A stretch of DNA of 64,000 nt from Octopus vulgaris (GCA_951406725.2 OX597824.1:27900001-27964000), one strand, 5' to 3'; shown: positions 26,571 to 41,642, counted from the first letter of the stretch. Notes: generated by a model not told the origin, from the sequence alone. Translations and numbers: made by a program.

Positions 26571-28098
26571 ATTATTGGACTTAAAAGTCCATTACAAATA
26601 ATAACATACAATAAAATATTCAATATATAATCAACACTAGTCCATTTACAAATGAGGCGCTGAGTCTCTTACATATTATAGCAGTGAGGCTTTTCAATCT
26701 CTTGTCAATTTTCCACCTCATCATCGCTTGTACCCATCTACTCCACCATCACCCATGCTTGATTAAAATCAAGGCGGGCTCCGAGTCGGCGTCACCCGGC
26801 CACGAGCGATATTCCTCTTTTAGCCCCTTCAGCCTTTGTAACATGCGCAACATTATGATCGCTACAGCTATCTGCGGAGGCCATTCGGGTTCCCGTATGA
26901 AGGCTAAAGGTACTCTCTTGTAGTGTTCTTTCAGCACCTTTTTCCATCTCTCCACCTCTACAAAAGAAGACCAGCAGTTCTTCCTCCTCCTCCAGATCCA
27001 AGGTAGTCAATTCTACCATTGGCGGCACAATTACCGCCAATAGCATCCCCCCACGCCGGTGGTACAAGCCCCAGCGACGAGGCTCCGGGACACTCCTGCA
27101 CCATGTCTCCGACTGCCGGCATTGTCCCGTTTCTCCTCCTCCTCCTCCTCTTCCCGACTGGGGGAGGGTGCGTCTCCTTCGTGACCGAGAGATTCGCCTC
27201 TCCCCTCACCCATTGTTGCTCACCTTCTTCCTTTTGCGGCTCTTCTTTGACGAGTCCTCCGTCTCCGCGGCCGCTTTCATTCCTTCAACCGCTCCAAGAC
27301 TTTGCTTTGTCCTTGAGTATAGTTCTTTTTTATATGGCCTGGCTCCAAGCACCGATGACACTTGGAGGGAGGCGTTCCTCGAGCATCACCGGATACCTAG
27401 ACGGGTTAGTCTCAAAAATCTGGAAATACCAGACTTTCGGCTGACTAGGTCCATAGAGTCAAAACTGCTTGTGACCCCTCCCAGTCAGCTGCAGGCAGAA
27501 TATTTACGTTGAGGAGCTTGGTGCTACTACCACCCTAGTATCGCCTTTCCACTCGGGTCCAACTCCGGGTGGCCAGCCCGGGTGGCCAGCCCGGGTGGCC
27601 AAGCCCTCGTCAACTTCCCAGAATAAGTGGGAAGAATCAAAATTTCATTGCCCTCCAGGGGCTGGATCGCATTTTCACAAGCCACTTCTGGGGAGTCAAG
27701 CAGCACTTTGACCCCCGAGTGATAAAATTAATTGCTGGCTTAAATCCTGCCAGCTGCCTTTCGATTATGTATTTTTTGAAAACGGCAATGACGTCGAGGG
27801 TCCTAGGGTATGTCCTCAAAACCACCGTCTTACCTTCAAGTTTTTTTAGCCATCTTTTGGGTGGCGTAATTTCCCACTCTAGCAACTTTCCATTGTTCTT
27901 TGCCATGTTTTTTTTTTAAGTCCAAAAGTACAGTTCTTAAAACAGAAAATAATTAAGGAAAAAGAAGGAAGCGAAAAAAGTCCAAAGAAATAGGAGGAAA
28001 AAAATTAACAGTTCAATAAAGAGTTTGTTTTTAAATAGAAGATATATGAAGAGAGAGAGCAACAGTTCAAAACAAAGCAAGGTCCACTTGGTACTCCA
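26571..28098 (-). mobile_element. L1/Tx1-like LINE retaining a decayed ORF1 (gag-like zinc knuckle) but lacking ORF2
   Basis: GC-richer block; ORF1 start MAKNNGKLLEWEITPPKRW..., knuckle CHRCLEPGHIKKNY near 27320-27360, low-complexity basic C-terminus; then LYNVRRL and a T-rich 3' end with hairpin ggac-ttttaa-gtcc plus aataa. Confidence 0.65.
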
Positions 28099-29280
28099 TA
28101 TATATACATAAATATCTGACTTCTATTTCTAGCAATGCTTGTTTTGATTAGCGCCCCTAGTCACATTTGTGACGTATGTATTACTGCCATTTGGTTATAT
28201 ATATATATATATACATATACAAATACACCCACGCAAGCACGCGTATTTACTCACACATATACATATGTACACAAATGTAAACTCAATTTTTCATGTGCAT
28301 GTATGTATACAATAAATATTTTCGCGCTTGTGTATGTATGTTTGTATGCGTTTGTTAAGTTCGGTCGTTGTTTGTGTAAGTTTTAATATATTTCAATGGA
28401 AGAATAAACAGGAAATTATTATGTGTTTCCGTTACTGAACATTTTATAGAGACACATTGCATGTGATTCGCACACGCACGCACTCAGACACACACATCTA
28501 CGCATGTGCACCCTCACTACGTATGCATACATACACGTAAACATACGTACATACATACATACAAATCTACATAGATACATGTATAAATACAAAAATGCAT
28601 ACACAAACACATACATACATACAATCAAACAGACGTAAGAAACAGCTTAGCATGTACACACACCACAATTTATTGTACATGTTGTAAGAGTGTATTATTT
28701 GTATGATGGATATCACTCTTAGATATTGACCGGATGTTCTGACACGGATATCATTTTACCAGAGCATCTGACTGTGTGTGGTCCTCGTAGTCATTACTGA
28801 TAGACATGTCTTTCACTCATTCCGCTACCGAAAGCAATGGGGGACTCGTTGTAAATGAGTTGATGTTTGTATAGCACAAAGGTATGACGAATTAAAGAGT
28901 AAAACAATATAGAATGTTGTTCAAAATGAAGATAAAATATATATTAAAATATATAATCAAAACAAATATCAACAGCCATTATCATCAAAGTACCGAGATT
29001 TGTTAAATTCTAGGGTGTCTTGACCTAACTGTATTAGCAATGTTATATTCATTCTTGTATTTTCAATATTACTACTGTCTTATTAGCCAGCAGCTGGCAG
29101 AATCGTTAGCATGCCGGGCAAAAATTTTAAGTGGCTGTTCATCGGTCTTTTAAGTTCTGAGTTCAAATTCCACCAAGGTCGACCTCAATTTACATCCTTT
29201 AGGGGCCGATTAAGTAAGCACCAGTTGTAATCGACTGAAAATTGCTGGCCTTGCATCCGAAATTGCTGGTCTTGTGCAAA

Positions 29281-29420
29281 ATTGTTTTAGCCTTCAAACG
29301 ACGCCACCCAGCTGGCTAAGTGAGCAGGCCAACAGAAGAAAGAGTGAGAGAATGTTGCGGCGAAAGAGTACAGCAGGAGTACTGCAGGAGCCTCGTGGAG
29401 CTTTAGGTGATTCGTTCAAT
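29281..29420 (-). mobile_element. SINE fragment (body B with tail Z) nested in a SINE-N cluster (29090-29590)
   Basis: cctcgtggagctttaggtg and gctggctaagtgagcaggccaac match 61317-61622 in reverse. Confidence 0.7.
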
Positions 29421-30140
29421 ATTGCTGACCTTGTGCCAAAATTTCAAACCAATATTAAAACTGTCTTAAACGGCAGCGAGCTCGCTGGACAAGGTGCTTG
29501 GTCCATCATTACGATCTGAAGTTCAGATGCCGCCGCAGTCGACTTGCTTTTCATCCTGAAGGGGTCACTACAATAAGTAATAGTTGAACACTTGCGTTTA
29601 TTTCGCTTGATAGTTTCTATATAAATATTATTATTGGCACGCTATCGGTGAGATGATATGTTAAGGTGTTTTCATCACCCAGGGGCTTTCAATGTCTGTA
29701 CACGTGTCACAATAAACTAGTCGTCATATGTCATCACGCATAACGACGTAGTTTAGGGAAATGATGACAGAGACGGGAGTAACAAGAAAGACAGGATCGA
29801 AAGAAAAGTATGTACGTAGAGTTGGGAGCAACTAAATTGCTCATACGGAACGTATACATGCATGCATACACATGCATATATATATACAAATGCACACACA
29901 CGCACACCTGTATAGACATATATGTAAATATGTGTGTATATATATACCCGCATTTAAATTGATGTAATGATTGCATTCTTCAATTAAATGGAGCCGCTTG
30001 AAACGGTCGTACTGCATCAGCTCTTGATATACTGTTGCTTATTTTGATTATATACATACGCACACACACACACACACACATATATATAAATATATATATA
30101 TATTTATATGTGTATGTGTATGTATATATATATATATATG

Positions 30141-30221
<81 letters not shown>

Positions 30222-30223
<2 letters not shown>

Positions 30224-30965
30224 TCATTTGCTTCAACCACGGCCCCTGGACGACTTGTCTTGCAAAAATTATAGACGGTCTCCTTGTTTAAATTGGTGAA
30301 TGCTGCCATAATCCTTACATTCAGTTCGTATTTGGTGTTACAATCAGTTTTGTTAGTCACTTTCTCAAAATCGCCCTACGCTTACTAATCAAGTAAGTTG
30401 CAGTTGGGGAGTTTAGTGCCCAGATGTTAAGGGTCATGAGGACGCAGAATTTGTCTCATAGCCATGACTGTGTTCTTCTGCTCGTTTGGCATGGTGCAGA
30501 GTCCTGTTGCCAGACATAGGGTCCTCCAGTAGCCACCCTCTTGACCAGGGCAGCACTACCTCCTCCAGGCACTTGATGTAGGCCTTCGTGTTGAGTCTGA
30601 GGCCGTGTGGGAAGATAAATGGAGGCATAATGTCGCCATCACTAGTGATCACTCCAAACATCAGGTCATTGATTGGATATTTGACTTTTATCACTCTCCG
30701 TTCATGTCCTCATTGCACTGTCTTCCGATTGATACCCAAAGATTCTGTATTATTCGTATTGGAAATTCTGGCGCCAATACAAAGCAGTACAGCATGTTGT
30801 TTCCAAATTTCTGGCAGAGTGAACTGCATCATGGTGTTGCTTTTCTCAGAGACGGTACCCAGCTGACCCTACTATATTGTGTAGTCGACAAAAATTAAAA
30901 ATAAACATGCACATGTGCGAAATTAATAATGCAAAATGCCGACAATTTACCCATCGCACACTTTG
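30222..30965 (-). mobile_element. Tc1/mariner DD37D (maT-like) transposon relic
   Basis: [77 protein letters not shown]; TIR-like end near 30935-30965. Confidence 0.8.
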
Positions 30966-31647
30966 TGTGTGTACTTTTGTATACTTATATATATGTATAT
31001 ATGTGTGTGCGTGTGTGTGTGTATATATGTATCACTCTCTCGTACATATACTATCCTTAAATGCCAACGAGCGTGTAGTTAGATTAAGCAAACGATAAGA
31101 TAAATTGAGGAATAAGATGAATGGAAACGATAATAGTTTTATAGCTGGTTGTTAAGTGTTAAATGTTATGTATTAAAGCTCTCTCGAGTAATGACGTAAG
31201 GAGCTAAAGTGGCTCTTACAGCTTGAAGCTTAGATACGAGGATTTGTGTGCGTGTGGCATTCAAGAGAACTAGCGCAGTTTTGAAGATTGACAGAAAGAG
31301 TGACTACTGTTATAGATTTTATGATCAGAATATTTAAATATTGTTTAAAAAATTGTACTATCCTACTTTTAAGAAGTATATTTGTATGTACAAGTATATA
31401 AAAATACTAGCAACACTCAGCCACCAATGCATATGTGTATTTTTTTTTCATTTCTCTTTTCTTTTGTTCCTTTTCCTTTTTTTAATTTTTTGTTCTTTTT
31501 TTTCCCTTTTACGATCCCTTTTGATCGAAAACCTACCCCACTTTTTTTTGTTTCTTTTGTTTTTTGTTTTTTTCATCCCCCAAATGAAAAGTTCTACCTT
31601 GTAACTTGTCCCATCTGTGTGCAGCCCTGTGTGGCCAATAAAGAAAC

Positions 31648-31796
<149 letters not shown>

Positions 31797-31841
31797 CGTA
31801 TATATCTATATGTAGATATGTTTCTGTATGTGTATATATAT

Positions 31842-31892
<51 letters not shown>

Positions 31893-32048
31893 GAGAGAAG
31901 TTATGAAAAGTAATGGTGTCAATAAGACCCAAATGTATCAGGTAATACTGAGTATTGGCTATGGACCGACTATAGTTACGCTCCAGGTTCGGCGATTTTT
32001 CGAATAAGGAGTCCAACGTAGGCCATATATCAATATGTGTATATACCA

Positions 32049-32300
32049 AAAAAATTTCAGGCTGAGGTAAAAATCAAGGCTTGTGAAAGATTTTAGAACA
32101 TTTTTAATTACAAGATCTTACTGCTGTTTCCGGTATATTATATTATAGATAAGAGAAAAAAATCTATCAGAAAGGAACTCTCTCTTAAAAAAATATCTTT
32201 TGATAAGCATAACAAATGCGCAACCGGTAAAAAGAACTTTCACCTAATTAAATACACTCTCCCTTACTTAAATTATTTTGTCAGCATTTTCTTCATTTCC

Positions 32301-32352
<52 letters not shown>

Positions 32353-32592
32353 TATCGGAGACGGTGTGAGAAAATGGTTACGCCATCGTTATTTTAGATA
32401 AGATATGAAATAGAGTGACTTCCCTCTCTATTTTATATCTTATCTAAAATAGCTATTGCTTAACCATTTTCTCACACCGTTTCCGATGAAGGGATATATA
32501 AAATATCCCGGAAACAGCCGTAAAACATTCTATTTATAAATGTTCCAAAATCTTTCACAGGTCTGGATTTTTATCTCATTCTGAACATTTTA
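32049..32592. mobile_element. Head-to-head inverted hammerhead element (family F3) with an insertion in the left arm
   Basis: Inner arms 32344-32415/32425-32497, outer arms 32049-32140/32503-32592; ~200 bp including (TA)n is inserted in the left stem II loop. Confidence 0.75.
32479..32526 (+). ncRNA. Type I hammerhead motif (U4C core), family F3
   Basis: gttt-CCGATGA-a-gggatat ataaa atatccc-g-GAAAC-agcc-GTA-aaac. Confidence 0.75.
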
Positions 32593-32609
32593 TATATCTA
32601 TATGTATCC

Positions 32610-32659
<50 letters not shown>

Positions 32660-32717
32660 GTCCTGAAGAAGAGTTTATAGATTCAAGATATAGAAATATA
32701 CATTCAGCCTACATCAT

Positions 32718-32783
<66 letters not shown>

Positions 32784-32788
<5 letters not shown>

Positions 32789-33146
32789 ATTCAGTTAGAT
32801 AAGTGTTATTAATGTTATTAATAATATTAATAATCATAATAATAAGGTTGCCAGCAAGTTTGCACGTCAAATATAAACTAAATTCAAATTCATTGCATTG
32901 GCCGTGTATATCTTAATAGTGAGTTCATTGATTAAACCTCGCCAAGTTAAATATTTCAATCACCTGAAGAATGACTGTAACTCGAATTTTTATGGATTGG
33001 ACAGCCATGAAACGATCGTAGTGTTATACTAATTATCTTTTTTTAATAATTTTGATATATATTTAAAATAATATAAATTAATTAATCTTATGTATTGGCT
33101 TAAGTTTTTCATTGTATGATTTGCCTAATAGTGGTTTTATCTCTAA

Positions 33147-33216
<70 letters not shown>

Positions 33217-33422
33217 CGGAGATTATTATATATAGATATACTAAATGCACTCGCTATAAACAGAGCCATCGCTCCAAAACTACCTATCACTCACTATTAA
33301 GATGTACACGGCCAATGCATTGAATTTGAATTTAGTTTATATTTTACGTGCAAACTTGCTAGCAATCTTATTATTATGATTATTAATATTATTAATAACA
33401 TTAATAACACTTTTTAAACGGA

Positions 33423-33429
<7 letters not shown>
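32784..33429. mobile_element. TA-flanked hammerhead element with ~140-bp terminal inverted repeats
   Basis: 32784-32924 is the near-perfect reverse complement of 33289-33429; hammerhead at 32961. Confidence 0.75.
32961..33023 (+). ncRNA. Type I hammerhead ribozyme, family F6
   Basis: cac-CTGAAGA-atgactgt...acagccat-GAAAC-gatc-GTA-gtg; canonical core, palindromic stem III acgatcgt. Confidence 0.85.
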
Positions 33430-33473
<44 letters not shown>

Positions 33474-33476
<3 letters not shown>

Positions 33477-33701
33477 TTTTTTTTTACTCTTATACTCTTT
33501 TACTTGTTTCAGTCATTTGACTGCGGCCATGCTGGAGCACCGCCTTTAGTCGAGCAAATCGACCCGGAATTTATTCTTTGTAAGCCCAGTACTTATCCTA
33601 TCGGTCTCTTTTGCCGAACTGCTAAGTGACGGGGACGTAAACACATCAGCATCGGTTGTCAAGCAATGCTAGGGGGTCGAACACCGACACACAAACACAC
33701 A

Positions 33702-33776
<75 letters not shown>

Positions 33777-33883
33777 GACAGGCTTCTTTCAGTTTCCGTC
33801 TACCAAATCCACTCACAAGGCATTAGTTGGGCAGAAGACACCTGTCCAAGATGCCACGCAGTGGGACTGAACCCGGAACCATG
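33474..33883 (-). mobile_element. SINE-M (5'-truncated)
   Basis: Colinear with other copies. Confidence 0.85.
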
Positions 33884-34411
33884 TATATATATATTGTATA
33901 ATGTCTCTCATATTTGTTATGAGTTTGTTGCTTCGGCGAGCCTTGTCAATGGCATGCGCTTACAGACAAAAATACGCGTAGAATAAATTTATCTCTCGAA
34001 GATTACTGCATTTATTTGGATTTCAACACTATATAATAAATATCAAACATAGATTGCGCTTTAAATTATACATATATATACACGCACACACACACACACA
34101 CACACTCACACACAAACGTACACAAACACCAAAGCATACACATTCATCACTATATCGGATGTTGTTACAATACGCACTCAAGTGTTTACAGTTCGCTTCC
34201 AAATGATATCAAGCCGTCGGGGTAAGAGGACAGCAATTATTTCTGGTAAACGGAACGTCCGTCCGGCTCGGGGTTACCCATTTGCAGGCGAGCTACCCGA
34301 AGCAAGACGAAACGAGGAATTTTGCTGGATAACACAACGTGGGTCCGGGAAGTAAAATATCGAATTTCTGATAGAAATTGCAAATCTATTACCACTAGTC
34401 AAACACTATGT

Positions 34412-34595
34412 AAGGGAGAATTCACAAAAAACAAACCAAAGACGAAGACAGGTGGTGTAGACAACAAACAGATGTATTATTTTAACGCTCGGAAAGTGAA
34501 AAAGTCTTTAATGTTTCGAGCCTACGCTCTTCCACAGAACGGAACACATAAAGAAACACGTAGAGAAAATAAAGAATGTGTAGTGGCTAGCGATA
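34412..34595 (-). mobile_element. Hammerhead-bearing element family F1 (motif 34506-34541)
   Basis: Highly similar to 50837-51026 and 57282-57470; minus strand CTGTGGA-a-gagc gtag gctc-GAAAC-ATT-aaag. Confidence 0.8.
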
Positions 34596-34648
34596 TATGT
34601 GTGTCTTTGTATGTGCGCACGTGTGTGCCTGTGCGTCTCTGTGTCTGC

Positions 34649-34689
<41 letters not shown>

Positions 34690-34723
34690 TATAGGTATAT
34701 CTATATCTATCTATATCTATCTA

Positions 34724-34863
<140 letters not shown>

Positions 34864-35163
34864 TGCTTACACACACTCATATATGTATACGTATGATGTG
34901 TGATTTTAGATGTATTCCTAAAAAAGTATCAGTACAATTTCCCTCAAACAAATTGCACTCTATTAGATAAGTTATGCATTGACGGAATTAACGATTATAT
35001 TACCAGTAAACATTTCGGCATCGATAGTTAAGAGAAAAAAAAAACAAAAAAAAACACTGTCACGATAGATCACAAGAAATATTAAGACTTAGCACATGTA
35101 CAAATTTTCAGCCTTTTAGCTTTCACTCCATGTATATATAGATAGATTGATGGATAGATACAT

Positions 35164-35197
<34 letters not shown>

Positions 35198-35238
35198 ATG
35201 TCTGTGTGTTTGTGTGTGTTTGTATATATATATGTATA

Positions 35239-35347
<109 letters not shown>

Positions 35348-35589
35348 GTGTATATAATGCACATGCAGTGTGAAGTGCGAAGCTGTTGTTTTGTTCTTTT
35401 CATAGGAAAATTCTTTTTTTTACGTCTGAAAGAGACGCGTACACCTTGTATATAGAAACATCATTTGTGAGTGTGTCAGTGTAAGTGTGTATATGTGTGT
35501 GTGTGTGTATGTGTGTGTGTCGAGAGGGAGAGAGATTGTGTGAGAGAGACTTATGTCTGTATACATGTATATGAACATATATATATATT

Positions 35590-35620
<31 letters not shown>

Positions 35621-35756
35621 ATCTGCGGGTACTTACTGCTATTTAACGCCAAAGGAAACGAAAGTAAAAGCTACTTAAGTTCTTTTTTCAGTGAAAAATC
35701 TATTAAAAGTACGGAAAGGGGAGGAAAATATCGGTAAAAATACGTGTTTACACATT

Positions 35757-35814
<58 letters not shown>

Positions 35815-35815
35815 C

Positions 35816-35878
<63 letters not shown>

Positions 35879-35929
35879 CAGATAGATAGACAGATAGACA
35901 TAGATGCAAATATATATATATGTACACAT

Positions 35930-36003
<74 letters not shown>

Positions 36004-36327
36004 ACTCAGACACACATACATATAGGTCTATAGTATGTATATAAAAGTATTAAAGGAAAAATTATAAATGAGTGTATATAATTGATCAATCACTTGTCAC
36101 GTTCACATATTGATCAAGCGGCATCCTTCTATCTTTGGATTCGATCATCTCAACTGGAATGAAATTAAACAAGCACTTAGATTTCGTGACAAACTATAAT
36201 GCCGTTTTTTTTTCTGTTTTTCTATCGTTTCTTTTATCGTGTTGTTTTGTTTTTGCACTCCTTCGTCTTTTACATATATTCACCCCCGCTTAAACAGAGA
36301 AGAATAACCCAGGGAGCAAAACACACA

Positions 36328-36422
<95 letters not shown>

Positions 36423-36823
36423 ATTCACGTTGAATGGAAATTCAGTTCAGCACACCGACGTACACACACATACGTATACACACTCACGACACAAAATCAC
36501 AAACATACACACATATCAATGCGTACATTCGTAAATACAATCTAGCAAACACACAGACACATGCAAACACATACAGACACGTATATACACATCTCCTAAC
36601 TCTCACAAGAAGACATAGATTCATATACACACATTCGGTGAGAAACGCTTGCACGCTCATACAGATACAGAGAATGTCAGAAACTAACGCACATCTGCGC
36701 AGGCGTACGTTAGCACACATTCTGACACACACAAACACACTACATATAAAGTGTATTGGCCACTGATCAATGTAACTACCAAGATATTATATCTATCTAT
36801 TTATCAATCTATCTATCTATATC

Positions 36824-36946
<123 letters not shown>

Positions 36947-37333
36947 CTATGTATCTACCTGCATGCCTGTCTGTCATTCTATCTAACCACCTTTCTGTCT
37001 ATCTGTTTATCTATCAATCAATCTATCTAACTATTTATCTGTCTATCCAGCTACCTAGCCATCCGTCCAACGACCAACGTATCTACCGATCTATGTATGC
37101 ATGTATGTATATATGTATATATGTATCTATCTATATATCCATTCTATCTATCTATATATATGTACATACATATATACACAATCACATTGAATGTATATAT
37201 ATACACATACATACATACATACACATTCACTTTGAGTGTGTGCATATATATATACTGATCTATCCACCGACCTATCTATTTATCTATATATCTACCTATC
37301 TATCTATCTATCTATCTATCCATCCATCTATCC

Positions 37334-37391
<58 letters not shown>

Positions 37392-37393
37392 TC

Positions 37394-37449
<56 letters not shown>

Positions 37450-37454
37450 GTCTG

Positions 37455-37521
<67 letters not shown>

Positions 37522-37574
37522 GTCTATCTATTTATCTACGTATCTAACTTATCTACCTACCTATCTTATCACTG

Positions 37575-37621
<47 letters not shown>

Positions 37622-37662
37622 TTAGGTTTCTCAGTTTCTCATTTTCTCGATCTAATTGTACG

Positions 37663-37731
<69 letters not shown>

Positions 37732-38110
37732 CACCAGTGTGTGCGTGTGTACTTATAAAGTATTTCAATGAACTCGATATACACCTGCTTACTGCCTGGC
37801 AGGCTATCTTACTTATATATATATACTATATATTTTTTTTGTTTTTTCTTTTTATTGTTTAATTTTACAGACCCACACATATTTAAATGGCTACACATAA
37901 CACACAGGCACATACACGACTCGCACACGACGCACACACGCACATATGCCTGTGTGAAGTGTGCATTACACTTGTGTGCTTTTTAATGTATTTGCGTACC
38001 TATACACGCACAAACACACACACACACATTTATATACGCACAGTATACCTATATATATATATATATAGATATATATGTATTTATGAGTCCCCTCTCTCTA
38101 TATATGTATT

Positions 38111-38141
<31 letters not shown>

Positions 38142-38352
38142 AAATATATGTATCTATGTATACCTATATGCATATATCTTTCTATAACTATATATATGCA
38201 TATATATCCATATATACATACGTGTATGTATTTATATATATATACAACTTGTTACATGAATATATGTATATTTATATACATACAGACACACACGCATATA
38301 TATATACATACCTGCATGTATACACACACTTATATGTATATATACACAGGCG

Positions 38353-38387
<35 letters not shown>

Positions 38388-39018
38388 AGTTTGTATAATT
38401 ATTACCCTTTTATACTTGTATACAACCTCAAACATTATTTGTTCCTACTTTATTTTTTCTGTTCCACTGTTCCGTGACACTAGTTTTGTGGAAGTGATAA
38501 GGAATTGTCCCTTCTTCTTCTATAAAAACGATACACATGACAAAATAGCATCTCTACAAATCTCATTCTAGCATCTTCTTAGAAATGTCTCTGGTAATTT
38601 CTATCTTTATGATGACGTTTTTTTTATATATATATATAAGAAAAAAAAGCCGAAAGGGGTTAGTGGAGAGAATAAGAATAAGTGGAAGATTTGGTTGAAG
38701 AACTGACGATGTTGAGGACGAAGAGGGGTTGCTACACGTTTAAAAACATTTGATGATGGTGATAATGATTCTGACCATGATTGCTGTGGTCATCATCATG
38801 ATAGAGTTTGTAGTTGTTGCAGTGAGCCGTGAGTGAGATGATGAGCCGTGAGTGAGATGATTATGGTGACGGTGATGATGAAGATAATGACGATGATCAT
38901 GACGTTGATAACGATGATGATGACGATGATGATTATTATGAATTTTGTGTTAGCTCTGCTTCTGTCGAAGGTATTCACGTTATCTTCTCCTTTCGTCATC
39001 CTCCTACAACTACCAGTA

Positions 39019-39405
39019 GGAGGCGCAATGGCCCAGTGGTTAGGGCACCGGACTCGCGGTCGTAGGATCGTGGTTTCGTCTCCTAGACCGGGCGTTGTGA
39101 GTGTTTATTAAGCGAAAACACCTAAAGCTCCACGAGGCTCCGGCAGGGGATGGTGGTGATCCCTGCTGTACTCTTTCACCACAACTTTCTCTCATTCTTA
39201 CTTCCTGTTTCTGTTGTACCTGTATTTCAAAGAGCCGGCCTTGTCACTCTCTGTGTCACGCTGAATATCCCCGAGAACTACGTTAAGGGTACACGTGTCT
39301 GTGGAGTGCTCAGCCACTTACACGTTAATTTCACGAACAGGCTGTTCCGTTGATCGGATCAACCGGAACCCTCGTCGTCGTAACCGACGGAGTGCTTCCA
39401 TCCAC
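39019..39405 (+). mobile_element. tRNA-derived SINE, head B with tail X
   Basis: aggcgcaatggcccagtggttagggc...gcgaaaacacctaaagctccacgagg; tail as in 18507. Confidence 0.85.
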
Positions 39406-39429
39406 AACTACCAGCAATTTTATTATTAT

Positions 39430-39612
39430 TAGTTTCAAATCTTGGCAAAAGGACAGCAATTTCGGCTAAAGAGTTTTAGTCGATTTCATCGATCCCAGTG
39501 TTCAACTGGTATGTATGTACTTTTGTCGACCACGAAAGGACGAATGGCAAAGACTACCTCGTCAGAATTTGATCTCAGAGCTAAAAGAGAGGCGAAAATT
39601 CGTTAAGCATTT
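39430..39612 (-). mobile_element. Degenerate SINE-N
   Basis: gtcgatttcatcgatcccagtg...gtcgaccacgaaagga...gaatttga. Confidence 0.65.
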
Positions 39613-39625
39613 TGCTCGACATAGC

Positions 39626-40027
39626 CTTTTACTTGTTTCAATCATTTGACTGCGGCCATGCTGGAGCACCGCCTTTAGTCCAGCAATTCGACCCAGGATT
39701 TATTTTTTTTAAGCCTATTACGTATACTATCCCTCTATTTTTCAGAACCGCTAGTTTAGGGGGGTGTAAACACACCATCATCTGTTGTCAAGCAATGTTG
39801 GGGGGGGGGGTACAAACACAGACACACAAACATATACACGCACATACATATATATGCATATATACGACGGGCTCCTTTCAGTTTCCGTCTACTAAATCCA
39901 CTCACAAGGCATTGGTCGGCCCGAGGCCATAGTAGAAGACACTCCCCCAAGTTGCCACGCAGTGGGACTGAACCCGGAACCGTGTGGTTGGTAAGCAAGC
40001 TACTTACCACACAGCCACTCTTGCGCC
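39626..40027 (-). mobile_element. SINE-M
   Basis: Colinear with other copies. Confidence 0.88.
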
Positions 40028-40411
40028 TTCTCTTGCGGCATGTGAACGATTCCACCATCTCGCCACCCTAATTAAATACGACTTTTGTCAAAGAATATGC
40101 AACATGAACGGAATCACAAATATGACACCGTTGCACATGATTTCGATCTCCAAAATTAATGGAAAAAAAGGATAAAAAAGAAAAAGGTATTTCATTTCCT
40201 CTCCTTATCATAATCCAATTTGGCAATAAAGTTGTTGTTTATTCCCTCACCCTAATACAACCCCTTCTTACTGACATTTTAATGTTCCCCAGACTAAATA
40301 TGTCAACATGAACTTAAAGACCGTTTTTAGTAATGTGAGTGAAACTTCCGCGTCATATGTTCACCCGGCAATTCTACATTCCTATTCTAACTGATCTAAA
40401 ATGACTTATCT

Positions 40412-40697
40412 TCTATCTTTTATTCTTTCAGTCAATAGACTGCGACCATTCTGGGGCGCCATCTTGAAAAATTTTCGTCGAACGAATCAATATTTAGTAT
40501 ACCGCCTTTAATATTTTTTTAAAGCCTGGTACTTATGCTATCGGTCACTTTTACCGAACCGTGAAGGAACGAGGACGTAAACACATGAACACCTTTTGTC
40601 ATGCGGTGGTGTGAGACAACTTCATACATACATGCGCGTACACAGAGGCACAGGCACAGACACACAAACACATACGCATACATCTATACAAATATGC

Positions 40698-40735
<38 letters not shown>

Positions 40736-41410
40736 CTAGCAGTATCGCCCGGCGTTGCTCGGGTTTGTAAGGGAAATAACTATATAAGCATTTTTAGAGA
40801 GTTACTTCCCTTATAAATTCGGGCTTTCTTAGCCATTTTTATTTTGGTGTCTTCAAGCCATGAAGTCGTTGTTCTAAAAGAACGCTGGTTTCCTTCACAA
40901 CGCATTACGACGTTGATTTCTTTACACTCCCTTCCCCACAGCTTCACGAGGAAGGGAAGGGAGAGAAGCAAACAGGTGCAGCTGTGAGCGTGGACGCCAA
41001 CTCCGCCGCCATCGACATACGATTCATTTTATGCATTAAAATGGAATAAAAAATGATGTTAAATTATTTTTAAAATCGTAGACTCATCGTTGACGCGCGC
41101 TAATAGTCAGACGGGCTCGATATGAATCACGACTATAAGATACCCGAATTTGGTTAAACTGCCCCGCAAAATGTGGGAGGAGTTAGGAATCTAAATCGAA
41201 GGGGACAGACACTCACACAACTAGAGTTTTATATATATAGATATATATTCATATATACGACGAGTTTATTTCAGTTTCTGAATACCAAATCTACTCACAG
41301 GGCATGGGCTAGATCGAAACTATAGCAGACGATATTTGCCCAAGATTCCACTCATGTGGGAAAGAACATGCAACCATCTGGTTAGGAAGCAAACTTCTTA
41401 GCAAAGAGCC
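40412..41410 (-). mobile_element. Old SINE-M split by a Helitron in its internal (TA)n
   Basis: 3' half at 40412-40700, 5' half at 41255-41410. Confidence 0.7.
40736..41241 (-). mobile_element. Non-autonomous Helitron
   Basis: Minus strand 5' TC...cccgagcaacgccgggcgatactgCTAG; the same 3' terminus as 6557-6937. Confidence 0.8.
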
Positions 41411-41642
41411 TAATATTCTCATCACCACTTCGAAGAATGGAGTTAATTATTTGCTTATGTGTGTAAAATAGAGCCGAAACATCTTATGACAAGCGTTTCG
41501 ATGTTTGCTCTCCAGCCACATGGTTCCGGGTTCAAGCCCATTGCATGACATCTTCAAGAAATTAGTGTCTTCTACTGTAGCCTCGGATCAACCGAAGCCT
41601 TGCCTTATGAGTGAATTTGGTAAACGGGTACTGAAGTCCCTC

